Below, piece by piece: positions 27,536 to 36,794 of a stretch of DNA of 49,466 nt (positions within the stretch are counted from its first letter, which is position 1; each line of letters starts with the position of its first letter). The translations under genes and the position numbers were made by a program. The stretch spans positions 34,984 through 84,449 of the forward strand of contig JBBDJG010000012.1 of the NCBI GenBank assembly GCA_040880005.1, given 5' to 3'. Source of the DNA: Solirubrobacterales bacterium. Its GTDB lineage: Bacteria > Actinomycetota > Thermoleophilia > Solirubrobacterales > JBBDJG01. A model generated the notes under the pieces. The model worked only from the letters and a program-made list of their open reading frames with translations. It had not been told where the DNA came from and searched no databases.

Positions 27536-27838
27536 GTGAGCCTGTTCACCCCCGAGCCGACGCCCGAGTCCGAGCAGACCCATCATGCGCCCGAGCTGGA
27601 GCGCCGGTTCCTGCGGCGCGGGGTGAAGGGGATGGAGGCGCAGCGCGAGGGCTGCGCACGCTGTGGGCGGTCGCTGCTCGTCGGAGAGCGGCTGTCGGTT
27701 TTCGCCGATCGCGACGGGCGCGAGCGCGCGGTCTGCGACGTGTGCGTGTCAAAGGTCGCGGATGGCTCGCTCGGCGAACGGGTGCGGGTGCAGCGGGTGC
27801 GCGCAGGCGAGCGCCGCCTGGTGATACGCGCGGCCTAG
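27536..27838 (+). CDS. Hypothetical small protein with CxxC...CxxC
   Basis: CARCGRSLLVGE...VCDVC; fills the gap between genes. Confidence 0.6.
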   Translation: MSLFTPEPTPESEQTHHAPELERRFLRRGVKGMEAQREGCARCGRSLLVGERLSVFADRDGRERAVCDVCVSKVADGSLGERVRVQRVRAGERRLVIRAA

Positions 27839-27842
27839 GAAA

Positions 27843-29813
27843 CTACGAGCGGGTGACCCGCTCGCAGTCACTGTCGACGCTGTCGGACACGTCGGCGCGC
27901 ACCGAGTCGGTACCGCTGCCGCAGGAAACCTTGTCGGCCTTGCCGTCGACCGCATCGATCGAGTCATCGTCCGCGCCGGCCTCGAACGAGTCCGTGCCCT
28001 TGCCACCGTCGAGCGTATCGGCGCCGTCGCCGCCGGTGAGGACGTCGTCGCCGCGACCGCCGGTGAGCGAGTCGCCGCCGGCGTCGCCGACGAGCGTGTC
28101 GCCGCCGCTCGACCCGTCGAGGCGGTCAGCACCGCGCCCGCCGCTGATCGAGTCGTCGCCGCGACCGCCGGTGAGCGTGTCGTCCCCGGCTTCGCCCGCG
28201 ATCGTTGCCGGCGTGACGACCCTCAAGTCGAGCACGTCGTCCTTGTTGCCGAGCTTGAAGTCGAATCGATCGACGCCCTTGACGGCGCAGATCTCGGTCT
28301 TGGAGGGGCCGCTTATCTTGTTGAGCCGGCAGCCGCTATTGACCGTGATGCTGGACACGCCGCGATCGGTGATCTTGAATTTCTTGGACGTCGCGCGCGA
28401 TACCGAGATGTCGTTCTTCTGGCCCTTTGCCGCCTCGTAGGAGATCGTCGGCCCCGCTTTGCCGAGTGGCGGCAGCGTGGGCTCGACGGGTGCTGCGGGC
28501 GTGGGCGACGGAGTCGAGGGCGCCGAAGTGCCAGGCGTCGGGGCCGCGCCCGATCCGGATGACGGTGCCGTCTTGGGTGCGCGCGAGCCCGGGGAAGATG
28601 GAGCAGCGCCGGAGCCGCTCTCGACCGGCGCGCCGATCAGCCCCAGCAGGAACGACAGCGGATTGGCCTCCGGCGTGCTGGTGTCCACGCCGAACAGGCT
28701 CAGCAGGCCGGCGATTCCCGGCTGCGTTGTATCTGTCGATGACGACGTCGTGGATGAGCCATCCGAGCTGCCGTCGGCCGGAGGTGTCGCGCTGGTGCCG
28801 GCGGGCGGGATGGTCGTTGCCGACGGAGGCGTCGTTGTGGAGGGAGGCGTCGTAGGTATGGCGCCCGGAGTTCCCGCGCCGCCGCCAAGGAAATCGCCCG
28901 GGCCGCCGCTCTGGCCGGGTATCGTCGGCGCGTCGCCGCCGGGGATGCTGCCCGGCGCGACCGAGCCGAACCCGGTCAGCTTGTCGCCGTCGACGTTGTC
29001 GCTGCGGTCGTAGATGAACGCTCCCGCGCCAACGATTGCGCACAGCCCGAAGATCACGATCGCAGCTCGCAGATTGTGTGACTGCTTCCCGGCAGTGGCA
29101 CCGGCCGCCGTGCTGCCGTCACCGCCGCGCGCCCCACCGGCCCGGCGGGCGGCCTGTGGTGCTTTGTACTCGAGCAACGTCGTCGGCACGAGGTGGCCAA
29201 CGCTGTTGCGCATGCGAACTCGAGCGCCACCGGCCAGCCGTTTGGTGCCGGTGTCCTGCCCGAAGAAATGTGTGCTTTCGCTGAACGTCAGCGTCGAAAG
29301 TGCCGCGCCGTTGCCATCTGCTCCGTCGTGAGCGCCGTTCGGTGTGGTGTCGGCGGCTCCGTTCGACTTGACGACCTCGGTAGCGCCGTTGGCATTGCCG
29401 GCGGTGGCCTGCGCGGAACCGTTGGCCGATCCATCGGCCGATCCGTTGGCATGGCCGTTCGATGCCGCGGGCGCGTCGCGCCGCAACTCGGCGATCGCCA
29501 TGTTGTGCGCCATCCAGAAAAGCCATGGTCCGGGCTCGCTCGCTCGCGCGTCGTCACGCAGCAGGGCTCGCGCCTGGGCAAAGGTCTGGTCCACGATCGA
29601 GCCGGCACGCTGCGCGCCCACGAGCCCCGTGCAGTGCCGGACGAGGGGCCGGCGATAGCGGTGCACGATTGCTTCGAAGGCGCTGGGGCTGCCCGTGCGT
29701 CCAAGCGCTGCCAGGCGCTCGTCGCTCTGGAGCCGCAGGGCAGGACGCTGTACCGCCGCCTTCATTCGGCTGCCTTCATCTGGCTTGTTCAAAGTCGCTG
29801 ATTTGCTCTCCAT
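27843..29813 (-). CDS. Sigma70 region 2-like domain, TM helix, Pro/Thr/Ser linker and RTX-like Ca-binding repeats
   Basis: SDERLAAL...AFEAIVHRYRRPL...PWLFWMAHN; AIVIFGLCAIVGAGAFIY; multiple GGxGxD repeats. Confidence 0.75.
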   Translation of the reverse strand: MESKSATLNKPDEGSRMKAAVQRPALRLQSDERLAALGRTGSPSAFEAIVHRYRRPLVRHCTGLVGAQRAGSIVDQTFAQARALLRDDARASEPGPWLFWMAHNMAIAELRRDAPAASNGHANGSADGSANGSAQATAGNANGATEVVKSNGAADTTPNGAHDGADGNGAALSTLTFSESTHFFGQDTGTKRLAGGARVRMRNSVGHLVPTTLLEYKAPQAARRAGGARGGDGSTAAGATAGKQSHNLRAAIVIFGLCAIVGAGAFIYDRSDNVDGDKLTGFGSVAPGSIPGGDAPTIPGQSGGPGDFLGGGAGTPGAIPTTPPSTTTPPSATTIPPAGTSATPPADGSSDGSSTTSSSTDTTQPGIAGLLSLFGVDTSTPEANPLSFLLGLIGAPVESGSGAAPSSPGSRAPKTAPSSGSGAAPTPGTSAPSTPSPTPAAPVEPTLPPLGKAGPTISYEAAKGQKNDISVSRATSKKFKITDRGVSSITVNSGCRLNKISGPSKTEICAVKGVDRFDFKLGNKDDVLDLRVVTPATIAGEAGDDTLTGGRGDDSISGGRGADRLDGSSGGDTLVGDAGGDSLTGGRGDDVLTGGDGADTLDGGKGTDSFEAGADDDSIDAVDGKADKVSCGSGTDSVRADVSDSVDSDCERVTRS

Positions 29814-30032
29814 GAGGGCTCACCCGGGTCAAACGGGTATCGGCCGCGCTGCCGCGGCCGGTCTGCAAATGATAGTGGGCTTTCCGCAATCTGACACCGG
29901 TAAGAAGCGAATGTTGTCGCAGATCCCCCTTTCCAGTGCCTCCGGCGGGCCTCTGCGGCGAGACTCGCTATTTCATCATCGACCCTCCGGCAGACGCGCT
30001 TGAGCGGCGTGGGGATGAGGAAGGTGTGGATC

Positions 30033-30047
30033 GGGGGGGGGGGGGGG
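30033..30047 (+). repeat. G15 homopolymer
   Basis: 15 consecutive G in a divergent intergenic region. Confidence 0.9.
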
Positions 30048-30099
30048 CGGTCGGACACGAGCGTTGTTCGGTCCGGCGGTCTGCTTGAATCCGCGCGCG

Positions 30100-30591
30100 A
30101 TGCGCCCGCTGACCGTTGGCCAGACGATCGACTCGCCCCGCGAGCGGGTGTACGAGTACCTCAGCGACGTCTCCAACTACGGCGCCTTCAGCGATCACTA
30201 CCTGCGCGATTTGAGGCTCGAGCGCCTCAACAGCCGTGGCAGCGGGGCGTCCCTGCGCTTCCAGCTGGCGTTTCCGCTCGGCCGTCAATGGGGCGATCTG
30301 TCGCTGGACGCGCTGGAGCCCCCTCACCGAATTGTCGCCAGAGGCGCCATGGGCAGGGTCGGCCGGATCGCCATCGAGTGTTCGTACACGCTCACCACCT
30401 CCGGCCAAGGAATGACACGCGTCGAGTACCGCTTCGAGTCGAGCCCTGCCAAGCCGATCGACCATCTTCGGGAGGCACTCGGCATGCGATTCTGGCTGAA
30501 GGTTCAATCGCGTCGCGCCCTGCGTCGCCTTGCTGCCGTGCTCGAGGGACGTGAGCCGGCCGCCGCGCGCGTCCGAGCGGCGGCTGGATAG
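30100..30591 (+). CDS. SRPBCC/START-family protein
   Basis: TIDSPRERVYEYLSD, EPPHRI, GMTRVEY and C-terminal helix ALRRLAAVLE. Confidence 0.8.
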   Translation: MRPLTVGQTIDSPRERVYEYLSDVSNYGAFSDHYLRDLRLERLNSRGSGASLRFQLAFPLGRQWGDLSLDALEPPHRIVARGAMGRVGRIAIECSYTLTTSGQGMTRVEYRFESSPAKPIDHLREALGMRFWLKVQSRRALRRLAAVLEGREPAAARVRAAAG

Positions 30592-30603
30592 ACTTCCGCG
30601 CCC

Positions 30604-31161
30604 GTGGATCGCACTCATCGACGACCGACCCGGATCGCCGCCGCGATCGCGCTCCTGGCGGCCCTCACGACCTTCGCGGGCTGCGGTAAGGCACACCTCG
30701 AGTCGGAGACCAAGGAGGGCCAGTACACGAAGGCCGGCGACGTCGTGTACCAGGTGCAGCTCACGCGACTGCTGAACCCGGATCAGCGACCCGACGACAA
30801 CCTGCTCGAAGGCCAAGAGGCGCCGAAGCCCCGCGAGACCTATCTGGCGGTGTTCATGATCATCCAGAACAAGAGCGACCGGCCTTACAAGCCGCCGAGC
30901 GACATGAAGGTCGTGGACACGCAAGGCAACGAGCACGAGCCGCTCGACGCAAGTGGCAGCGGCTTTGGACTCAGCTTCACCGACGCAATCCCACCGGGCG
31001 ACGGTGCGCCGCCGCCCGACTCGCCCGCATCGGGCGGTCCCGACGCGGCCTCGATGGTGCTGTTCAAGCTCAAGGAAGTCTCCGCGACCGACAACCTCCC
31101 GCTCGAGCTGGAGATCCCCGTTCCCGGTGAGCAGTCCTCGCGCGTGGAACTGGACATCTAA
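30604..31161 (+). CDS. Putative lipoprotein (DUF4352-like Ig fold)
   Basis: Lipobox FAGC; YLAVFMIIQN, KVVDTQGN. Confidence 0.7.
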   Translation: MDRTHRRPTRIAAAIALLAALTTFAGCGKAHLESETKEGQYTKAGDVVYQVQLTRLLNPDQRPDDNLLEGQEAPKPRETYLAVFMIIQNKSDRPYKPPSDMKVVDTQGNEHEPLDASGSGFGLSFTDAIPPGDGAPPPDSPASGGPDAASMVLFKLKEVSATDNLPLELEIPVPGEQSSRVELDI

Positions 31162-31188
31162 AACGAAAGCGGCCACCGCCGCGGGCGG

Positions 31189-31530
31189 CTACTCCTCTTC
31201 GCCGGGAAAGCCGAGCGAAGCTCCGGCCAGGATCGCGAGCGCGGCGATCACGGCGAGCCACCCACCGATCGTCTGGTGCGGCCCCGCGACGAGCTTGGCG
31301 AGGATGGCGAGGATCGCTCCGCCGGCGACCCAAACGTACCAACGTTCACCGGCCCCGTAAGGGAACGCCATCGCCGCGCCGACGGCGCCCAGCACCAGCC
31401 CGAGCACGCCGAGCCCGAACGCGTCGAAGACCACGACCACGGCTCCGATCGCGGCCACCACCAGCCCGACCTGAGCCACGCGGACCTCGGTCGTGCTGCG
31501 GCGCTGCACGGCTTCGATTTGCTCGACCAT
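31189..31530 (-). CDS. Hypothetical membrane protein (about 4 TM)
   Basis: Four hydrophobic segments; ATG 8 nt after TAGAGT. Confidence 0.7.
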   Translation of the reverse strand: MVEQIEAVQRRSTTEVRVAQVGLVVAAIGAVVVVFDAFGLGVLGLVLGAVGAAMAFPYGAGERWYVWVAGGAILAILAKLVAGPHQTIGGWLAVIAALAILAGASLGFPGEEE

Positions 31531-31592
31531 TGCCCACAACTCTACCCTCCCCGGACAGACATGCCGAGCTTCGACCCTCAACCGCACCACCC

Positions 31593-32732
31593 ATGACCAC
31601 GATCGACTGGATAATCGTCGCGTTCGTCGCGTCGGCGGGTGTGTGGGGATACGCCCAGGGGCTGATCGTCAGCGCGCTGTCGCTGACGGGTTTTGCCCTG
31701 GGCGCGTTCGCGGGCTCGAGGCTTGCGCCGCTGTTGCTCGCGCAGGGCGCTCGCTCGCCGTACGCGCCGCTGGTGACTCTGATGGGAGCGCTCGTCGTCG
31801 GGTCGGTTGTCGCGATCGTGCTCGAGGATGTGGGCAGCTCGATCCGGCGGCGTATTCCGTTGAGGGCGACCCTGCTCGACGGGATCGGGGGCATGCTCCT
31901 GCTCGCGGTGGTCGGGCTCGGTCTCGCGTGGATCGCTGGCGCGGTTGCGCTCCAGACACCGGGCGCGAGCGAGTTGAGGACGGACATCCAGCGGTCGCTG
32001 ATTCTTGGCAGGCTCAACGAGCTGATCCCGCCGACCGGTCCGATCATCAACTCGATCGCACGTTTCGACCCCTTCCCGCAGATCAGCGGGCCGGCAGCCG
32101 ACGTGCCGCGCCCGAGCGCCGGGATTGCGCGGACGGCGGGCGTCGAGCGCGCCGGTCGCAGCGTTGTGCGCGTGCGCGGGACTGCGTGCGGGCTGGCGAT
32201 CGCAGGCTCGGGATGGGTGGCCGAACCGCAGGTGGTGGTGACCAACGCCCACGTGATCGCAGGCGAGGACGACACCGTCGTCGAGACGCTCGAAGGAACA
32301 CGCCTCGACGCGCAGGTGATCGGCTTCGACCCTCACAACGACGTCGCCGTGTTGCGCGTGAAGGGCCCGACACCTCCGCCGCTCGCACGCGACCCCGACC
32401 CACGCAGCGGCGAGTCGGTGGCGATCCTCGGATACCCGGAGAACGGCCCATATGCCGTCACTCCCGGGCGACTGGGAAGCACGGGCACCGTTATCAGCGT
32501 GGACGCCTACGGTTCCGGGCCGATCCGCCGGCGAATGACCGCGCTTCGGGGCCAGGTCCGATCGGGCAACTCCGGGGGGCCGGCGGTCGATTCGAGCGGG
32601 CGCGTCGCGACAACCGTGTTCGCTGCCACGACCCGAGGCCAGCCCGGAGGATTCGGCGTCCCGCTCGCGATCGTGGAAAGTGATCTTCAGCGGGCAGACG
32701 GCCGGGTGAGCACGGGCCCCTGCGCGCGCTGA
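31593..32732 (+). CDS. MarP-family membrane serine protease (CvpA-like TM domain plus trypsin domain)
   Basis: IDWII...GYAQG TM region; GSGW, VTNAHV, DVAVL, GNSGGP. Confidence 0.9.
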   Translation: MTTIDWIIVAFVASAGVWGYAQGLIVSALSLTGFALGAFAGSRLAPLLLAQGARSPYAPLVTLMGALVVGSVVAIVLEDVGSSIRRRIPLRATLLDGIGGMLLLAVVGLGLAWIAGAVALQTPGASELRTDIQRSLILGRLNELIPPTGPIINSIARFDPFPQISGPAADVPRPSAGIARTAGVERAGRSVVRVRGTACGLAIAGSGWVAEPQVVVTNAHVIAGEDDTVVETLEGTRLDAQVIGFDPHNDVAVLRVKGPTPPPLARDPDPRSGESVAILGYPENGPYAVTPGRLGSTGTVISVDAYGSGPIRRRMTALRGQVRSGNSGGPAVDSSGRVATTVFAATTRGQPGGFGVPLAIVESDLQRADGRVSTGPCAR

Positions 32733-32786
32733 CCCTCTTGGCGCCCGATCCGGTTTCCGTCGGACGCCGAGCCTATCTTGCGCACC

Positions 32787-33242
32787 ATGACGCTCTGTTT
32801 CATCGAACCATCCGAGGCGATCCGCATGGTGGCCGAATCGGTCGGCCGCGAGGCGCGGCGAGCGCTGCTCGCGGAGGTGGTCGAGAGCTGGGTCGATGAC
32901 ATCCCCGAGCCGGAGCTGACCCAGCACTACGCCAAGGCGGTCGGTGACCTCGACCACGAGGATCTCTCGATGCTCGCAGCCTGGCATGCAACGCTCGAGG
33001 TGGGCAGGCCGGTGGCCAGTGCCGAGTTCCTGGTCGGGGCGTTCGATGGGCTTGGTCAGCACAAGCGTGACGCGCTCAAGCTGGCCGCGCGCTTCCGCGG
33101 TGACGACGCCTTCCTGGCCGGGGTGGGCGAGGAGGAGGCGCTGGAGATCGTGCTGCCCTGGCTCTCGGAGCACCGCCTCGAGCGCTTGTGCACCACGGCG
33201 ATCGAGATCTACGTCAATGATCGCATCGGGTCACAGAACTAA
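32787..33242 (+). CDS. Hypothetical protein
   Basis: GC3-biased ORF with ATG 7 nt after TATCTT; no motif recognised. Confidence 0.65.
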   Translation: MTLCFIEPSEAIRMVAESVGREARRALLAEVVESWVDDIPEPELTQHYAKAVGDLDHEDLSMLAAWHATLEVGRPVASAEFLVGAFDGLGQHKRDALKLAARFRGDDAFLAGVGEEEALEIVLPWLSEHRLERLCTTAIEIYVNDRIGSQN

Positions 33243-33874
33243 GCGCGGTTCAGCAGCTCCCGCATCTCGGGTATTGCCTGCTCGTTGGAGTGAAACAGGA
33301 TTGCGTGCATGCCCAACTCGCGAGCGGCGGCGACGTTGACCTCGTTGTCGTCGATGAACGCGCATTGCGCGGGGCGCATGTTCCCCAGCCGCTCGAGCGT
33401 CAGCTCGTAGATGGTCGTCGACGGCTTGCGCATACCTACGAAGGCCGAATCGACGACCAGCTCGAAGATCTCGTCGACCTCGAGCTTGGCGCGCCACAGC
33501 GGCTCCCACTCGCGCACGTTGTTGGTCAGTATCGCCATGCGGTAGCCGCGCCCGCGCAGCTCGCGCATCAGCTCGATCATCGCCTCGTTGGGACGCAGCG
33601 CGCGGAAATACACCCCGCGAAAGCCGTGCAGGTGTGGCCGGTGACCGAGTTCGGCCTCGAGGCCCCATGAGAGGTCGTCGAGGAACGCGGCCTCGGTGAT
33701 CTCTCCTCGTTCGAGTCGGAACAGGGGATACTCGCCGTCGCGCTCGGCGACGCGCTGCATGCCACGGCCGAGCTGCTCCATCGAGATGCCGGTCTCGTCC
33801 TGGTAGGCGGCGAAGGCTTCGACCAGCTTGTTCGTCAGCACGCCGCCGAAATCCGAGATGACGGCTTTGATCAT
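33239..33874 (-). CDS. HAD-family phosphatase
   Basis: ISDFGGVL, ILTNN, RKP, FIDD. Confidence 0.92.
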   Translation of the reverse strand: MIKAVISDFGGVLTNKLVEAFAAYQDETGISMEQLGRGMQRVAERDGEYPLFRLERGEITEAAFLDDLSWGLEAELGHRPHLHGFRGVYFRALRPNEAMIELMRELRGRGYRMAILTNNVREWEPLWRAKLEVDEIFELVVDSAFVGMRKPSTTIYELTLERLGNMRPAQCAFIDDNEVNVAAARELGMHAILFHSNEQAIPEMRELLNRA

Positions 33875-33881
33875 GTCGCGG

Positions 33882-34748
33882 TCACGCCCGGCTCACGGTT
33901 TGGTAGCTGCCCCAGCCGGGTTTACCGTCGAGTGTCCAGCGAAAGAACGAGATGCGATGCTCGCGCCCGCCGGCTTCCAGCGATACCTTGCAGATGGCCT
34001 CGCCGGAGAGCCTGCTCGCGAATTCCTCGTCCGGTGCATGCAGGTCGATTCGGGCGCTGTCGGGACAGGAGCGCGCATCGAGGACGGTTGACAGCATGAC
34101 GTCGGTTGTCGGTTCGGCCGCGCCGCCGTCGCGCACCAGACGGCAGTCGATCACATCGCGGTCGTGCTGCGCTCCCGCCGGTCGTGCGCCAAAGATCGAC
34201 ACCGCACCGGTCTGCGACCCGGAGTACAGCGACCTGCGCATCGAGATGAGGCTCCAGTCGGGAGCGCCCCACACGTGGGCGCGTCGCCCTGTGCAGTTCA
34301 ATTGGCGCTTCGACCCGTCGATCTCGAGCGGTCCTGTCACGTCGCAAAGCTGCTCGTATCGACCAACCCCCGCGATGTCGGATGCCTCGCCGTGCGAGAA
34401 GTCGATCGGCGACGTGCGCGCCTTCAGGACGAGGTCGAGTTTGCATCGCTCGGTGGTGAGGCCCGCCGTCCAGCGCTCGAGCGGTCGTTCGGTCGTCATG
34501 CGGAGCGGTCCCACCTCCACTCGCTCCCAGTCCGGCAAGTCGACCGCGACCTCGTCGCAGACGATGTCGGTCAGCGACGAGCCGGGGGAGCAAAGCACGG
34601 CGATGATCGTCGCTTGCTTCTGATTCGGCGCGCGTGCCACGCGCAGCAGCCCGAACGCGTCCGCCTCGGGGTCGGCGAACTCGGCCACGACGACGTCGTG
34701 AAAGTCTCCCTCTCCATGCCTGGGGCCTTCCTGCGCGGGACCGATCAT
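33882..34748 (-). CDS. Hypothetical beta-rich protein
   Basis: Start MIGPAQE overlaps the fxsA stop; ERPLERWT, RYEQLC, GRRAHVWG; function unknown. Confidence 0.6.
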   Translation of the reverse strand: MIGPAQEGPRHGEGDFHDVVVAEFADPEADAFGLLRVARAPNQKQATIIAVLCSPGSSLTDIVCDEVAVDLPDWERVEVGPLRMTTERPLERWTAGLTTERCKLDLVLKARTSPIDFSHGEASDIAGVGRYEQLCDVTGPLEIDGSKRQLNCTGRRAHVWGAPDWSLISMRRSLYSGSQTGAVSIFGARPAGAQHDRDVIDCRLVRDGGAAEPTTDVMLSTVLDARSCPDSARIDLHAPDEEFASRLSGEAICKVSLEAGGREHRISFFRWTLDGKPGWGSYQTVSRA

Positions 34749-35203
34749 CCGGGTGGCATCTCGGGAGGTGGAGGCTGGTCCACACGGCGCGCGGGCCCGG
34801 GTGTCGCACTCTCTCGCACGCGTACGAACGCGACGCGGGCCATCGTGGCGGGCGCGAACGAGCGGATGATCGTGCCTCGCACGACCGCCCTCGTGGGCGG
34901 GATCAGAACGATGATCCCGAAGATGTCGGTGATGAAGCCGGGCGTCATCAGCAGTGCTCCGCCGAGGATCACCAGCGCTCCGTCGATGATCTCCCTGTGG
35001 GGCATCCTCCCCTCGGCGAGGGTGTCCTGGAAGCGCTTCCAGACCGCGCGGCCCTGCCAGCGCCACAGCAGGGCACCGGCGATCGAGTCGGCCACCAGGA
35101 TCAGGATCGTCCACCATGGGCCGATCGCGGCTCCGACCTGGATGATCACGTAGATCTCCGCGATCGGAAGCAGGATGAACAGGATCAGGAGCAGCGGGAA
35201 CAT
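34745..35203 (-). CDS. fxsA: FxsA-family membrane protein
   Basis: PIAEIYVII, QG, GGALLMTPGFITD. Confidence 0.92.
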   Translation of the reverse strand: MFPLLLILFILLPIAEIYVIIQVGAAIGPWWTILILVADSIAGALLWRWQGRAVWKRFQDTLAEGRMPHREIIDGALVILGGALLMTPGFITDIFGIIVLIPPTRAVVRGTIIRSFAPATMARVAFVRVRESATPGPARRVDQPPPPEMPPG

Positions 35204-35257
35204 CGCGCGAAGCCTAGCGGTCGGTGTCGGCGAGCTCCTCCACTAGAATCGATGGCC

Positions 35258-35614
35258 GTGAACGACGAGCCACAGCCACAGCCACAGCCGCAGTCAGAGG
35301 CAGCGCCGACGGCCGAGGGTCCCGACGCCGACGACGTCATGGAGGCCTTGGAGAACGTCATCGACCCCGAGCTGGGGCTCGACTTCGTCTCGCTGGGGCT
35401 GGTCTACGGCGTCGAGGTCGAAGGCCCCGACGTTCACATCACGTTCACGCTGACCTCACCGGGATGCCCGATCGGTCCGCAGGTGAGCGAGCAGATGAAG
35501 GAGTTCGTCTCGGAGCTGGCGGGCGTCGAGAAGGTCTTCCCGAAGATGGTGTTCTCGCCGCCCTGGACTCCGGAGCGGATGTCCGAGGACGCCAAGTTCG
35601 CGCTCGGCTACTAG
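35258..35614 (+). CDS. Metal-sulfur cluster assembly factor (SufT/PaaD, DUF59)
   Basis: VIDPELG, LGLVY, TLTSPGCP, PPWTPERMS. Confidence 0.92.
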   Translation: MNDEPQPQPQPQSEAAPTAEGPDADDVMEALENVIDPELGLDFVSLGLVYGVEVEGPDVHITFTLTSPGCPIGPQVSEQMKEFVSELAGVEKVFPKMVFSPPWTPERMSEDAKFALGY

Positions 35615-36162
35615 CGCGCGACCGTCTCGCAGCCGGGGACGACACGGTCCTTGGCATCGGCGGTAACAGTGTCGATTCCACTGCCGCATGTGATCGTGTC
35701 GCGAGTGCCGTCGCGCGCAGAGATCGTATCGTCGCCCGCGTCGCCGTTGAGCACGTCGTGGCCGGCGCCGCCTCGCAGCGTGTCGTTGCCGGGGCCGCCG
35801 TCGAGCACATCACGACCGACGCTCCCGGACAGCATGTCATCGCCGTCGTTGCCTTCGAGCCAGTCGCTGCCCTTACCGCCGTAAAGACTGTCGTTGCCCC
35901 AAACGCCGAACTCTGAATCGCGCTCCTTGTAGTCGCCGTCGATGTAGTCGTCGCCGGAGTCGCCGTAGAGCGTGTCGTTGGCACCCAGGCCGTTGATCAG
36001 GTCCATGCCGCCCTTTCCATGGATCGTGTTGGGGGCGGCGTCACCGAACAAGACGTCGTTCTGGTTGGTCGGCTGGCGCAGGATCGCGGACGCGGACGCG
36101 CCGAGCGCAATGAGCGCGACGCACGTCATCAATGCAAGCGCGATCCCCTTCATCTCCCACAT
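35611..36162 (-). CDS. Secreted RTX/hemolysin-type Ca-binding protein
   Basis: Signal peptide followed by GGxGxD nonapeptide repeats and an ARDG..CGSG..D..CE tail. Confidence 0.85.
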   Translation of the reverse strand: MWEMKGIALALMTCVALIALGASASAILRQPTNQNDVLFGDAAPNTIHGKGGMDLINGLGANDTLYGDSGDDYIDGDYKERDSEFGVWGNDSLYGGKGSDWLEGNDGDDMLSGSVGRDVLDGGPGNDTLRGGAGHDVLNGDAGDDTISARDGTRDTITCGSGIDTVTADAKDRVVPGCETVAR

Positions 36163-36236
36163 CCCATCGATTCAAGACTAGCCCAGTGTGAGCGCGATCG
36201 CGCCGGCTTTCGACGTTCGTCGGGACGAGCGGCCCG

Positions 36237-36794
36237 CTACGTGGGCAGCTCGCGCCCCAGCCACTCGTTGTAGAAACCCTCGAGGTCGGGCACGAAATCG
36301 TGGATCACCGGATAGCCGGGCGGCACCGCCTCCACCTCCAGCAATGTCTTGCAGCCGGGGCAGAAGTACTCGCGCAGCCCGTTCCATTTGGGGTCGCCGG
36401 ACATCATCTCGGGATAGATCTCGCGCAGGTCCTGCTCGGTCTCGCGCACGTAGATCAGCGCTTCGAGCTTCCAGTTCTGATCGTAGGGGCAGAACTCGTG
36501 GCCGCAGTCGCACATCACCGAATAACTAGCTCCCGACGGCCCCGAATAACTAGCTCCCGACGGCCCCTGGCCGTCGGTCGCCTTGCCGGGGGTACGAGCG
36601 CGCTTAAGGACGATGTACAAGTGCTCCCCGAACGGCAACACGATCGGGTCGTCCCAAGGCACGCATTCCTGGAGGATCTTCACGTACTTGTCGAAGCGGT
36701 CGGCGTCCTTGTGTGCGGACTGGATCGCACGCACCTGCGAGCGCGGCAGCTTCTCGTCGATCAGGTCGCCGAGTGTCTGCTTGTCGAGCTTCAC
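36237..36794 (-). CDS. acxC: Acetone carboxylase gamma subunit
   Basis: KDADRF, CDCGHEF, NWK, REYFCPGC, EAVPPGYP, PDLEGFY. Confidence 0.9.
   Translation of the reverse strand: MKLDKQTLGDLIDEKLPRSQVRAIQSAHKDADRFDKYVKILQECVPWDDPIVLPFGEHLYIVLKRARTPGKATDGQGPSGASYSGPSGASYSVMCDCGHEFCPYDQNWKLEALIYVRETEQDLREIYPEMMSGDPKWNGLREYFCPGCKTLLEVEAVPPGYPVIHDFVPDLEGFYNEWLGRELPT
36518..36565. repeat. Perfect 24-bp tandem duplication inside acxC
   Basis: CCGAATAACTAGCTCCCGACGGCC x2, encoding GPSGASYS x2. Confidence 0.95.

Noticed and set aside
36518-36565. CRISPR-like repeat
   Set aside because: Only two abutting copies with no spacer, inside a CDS, and no cas genes
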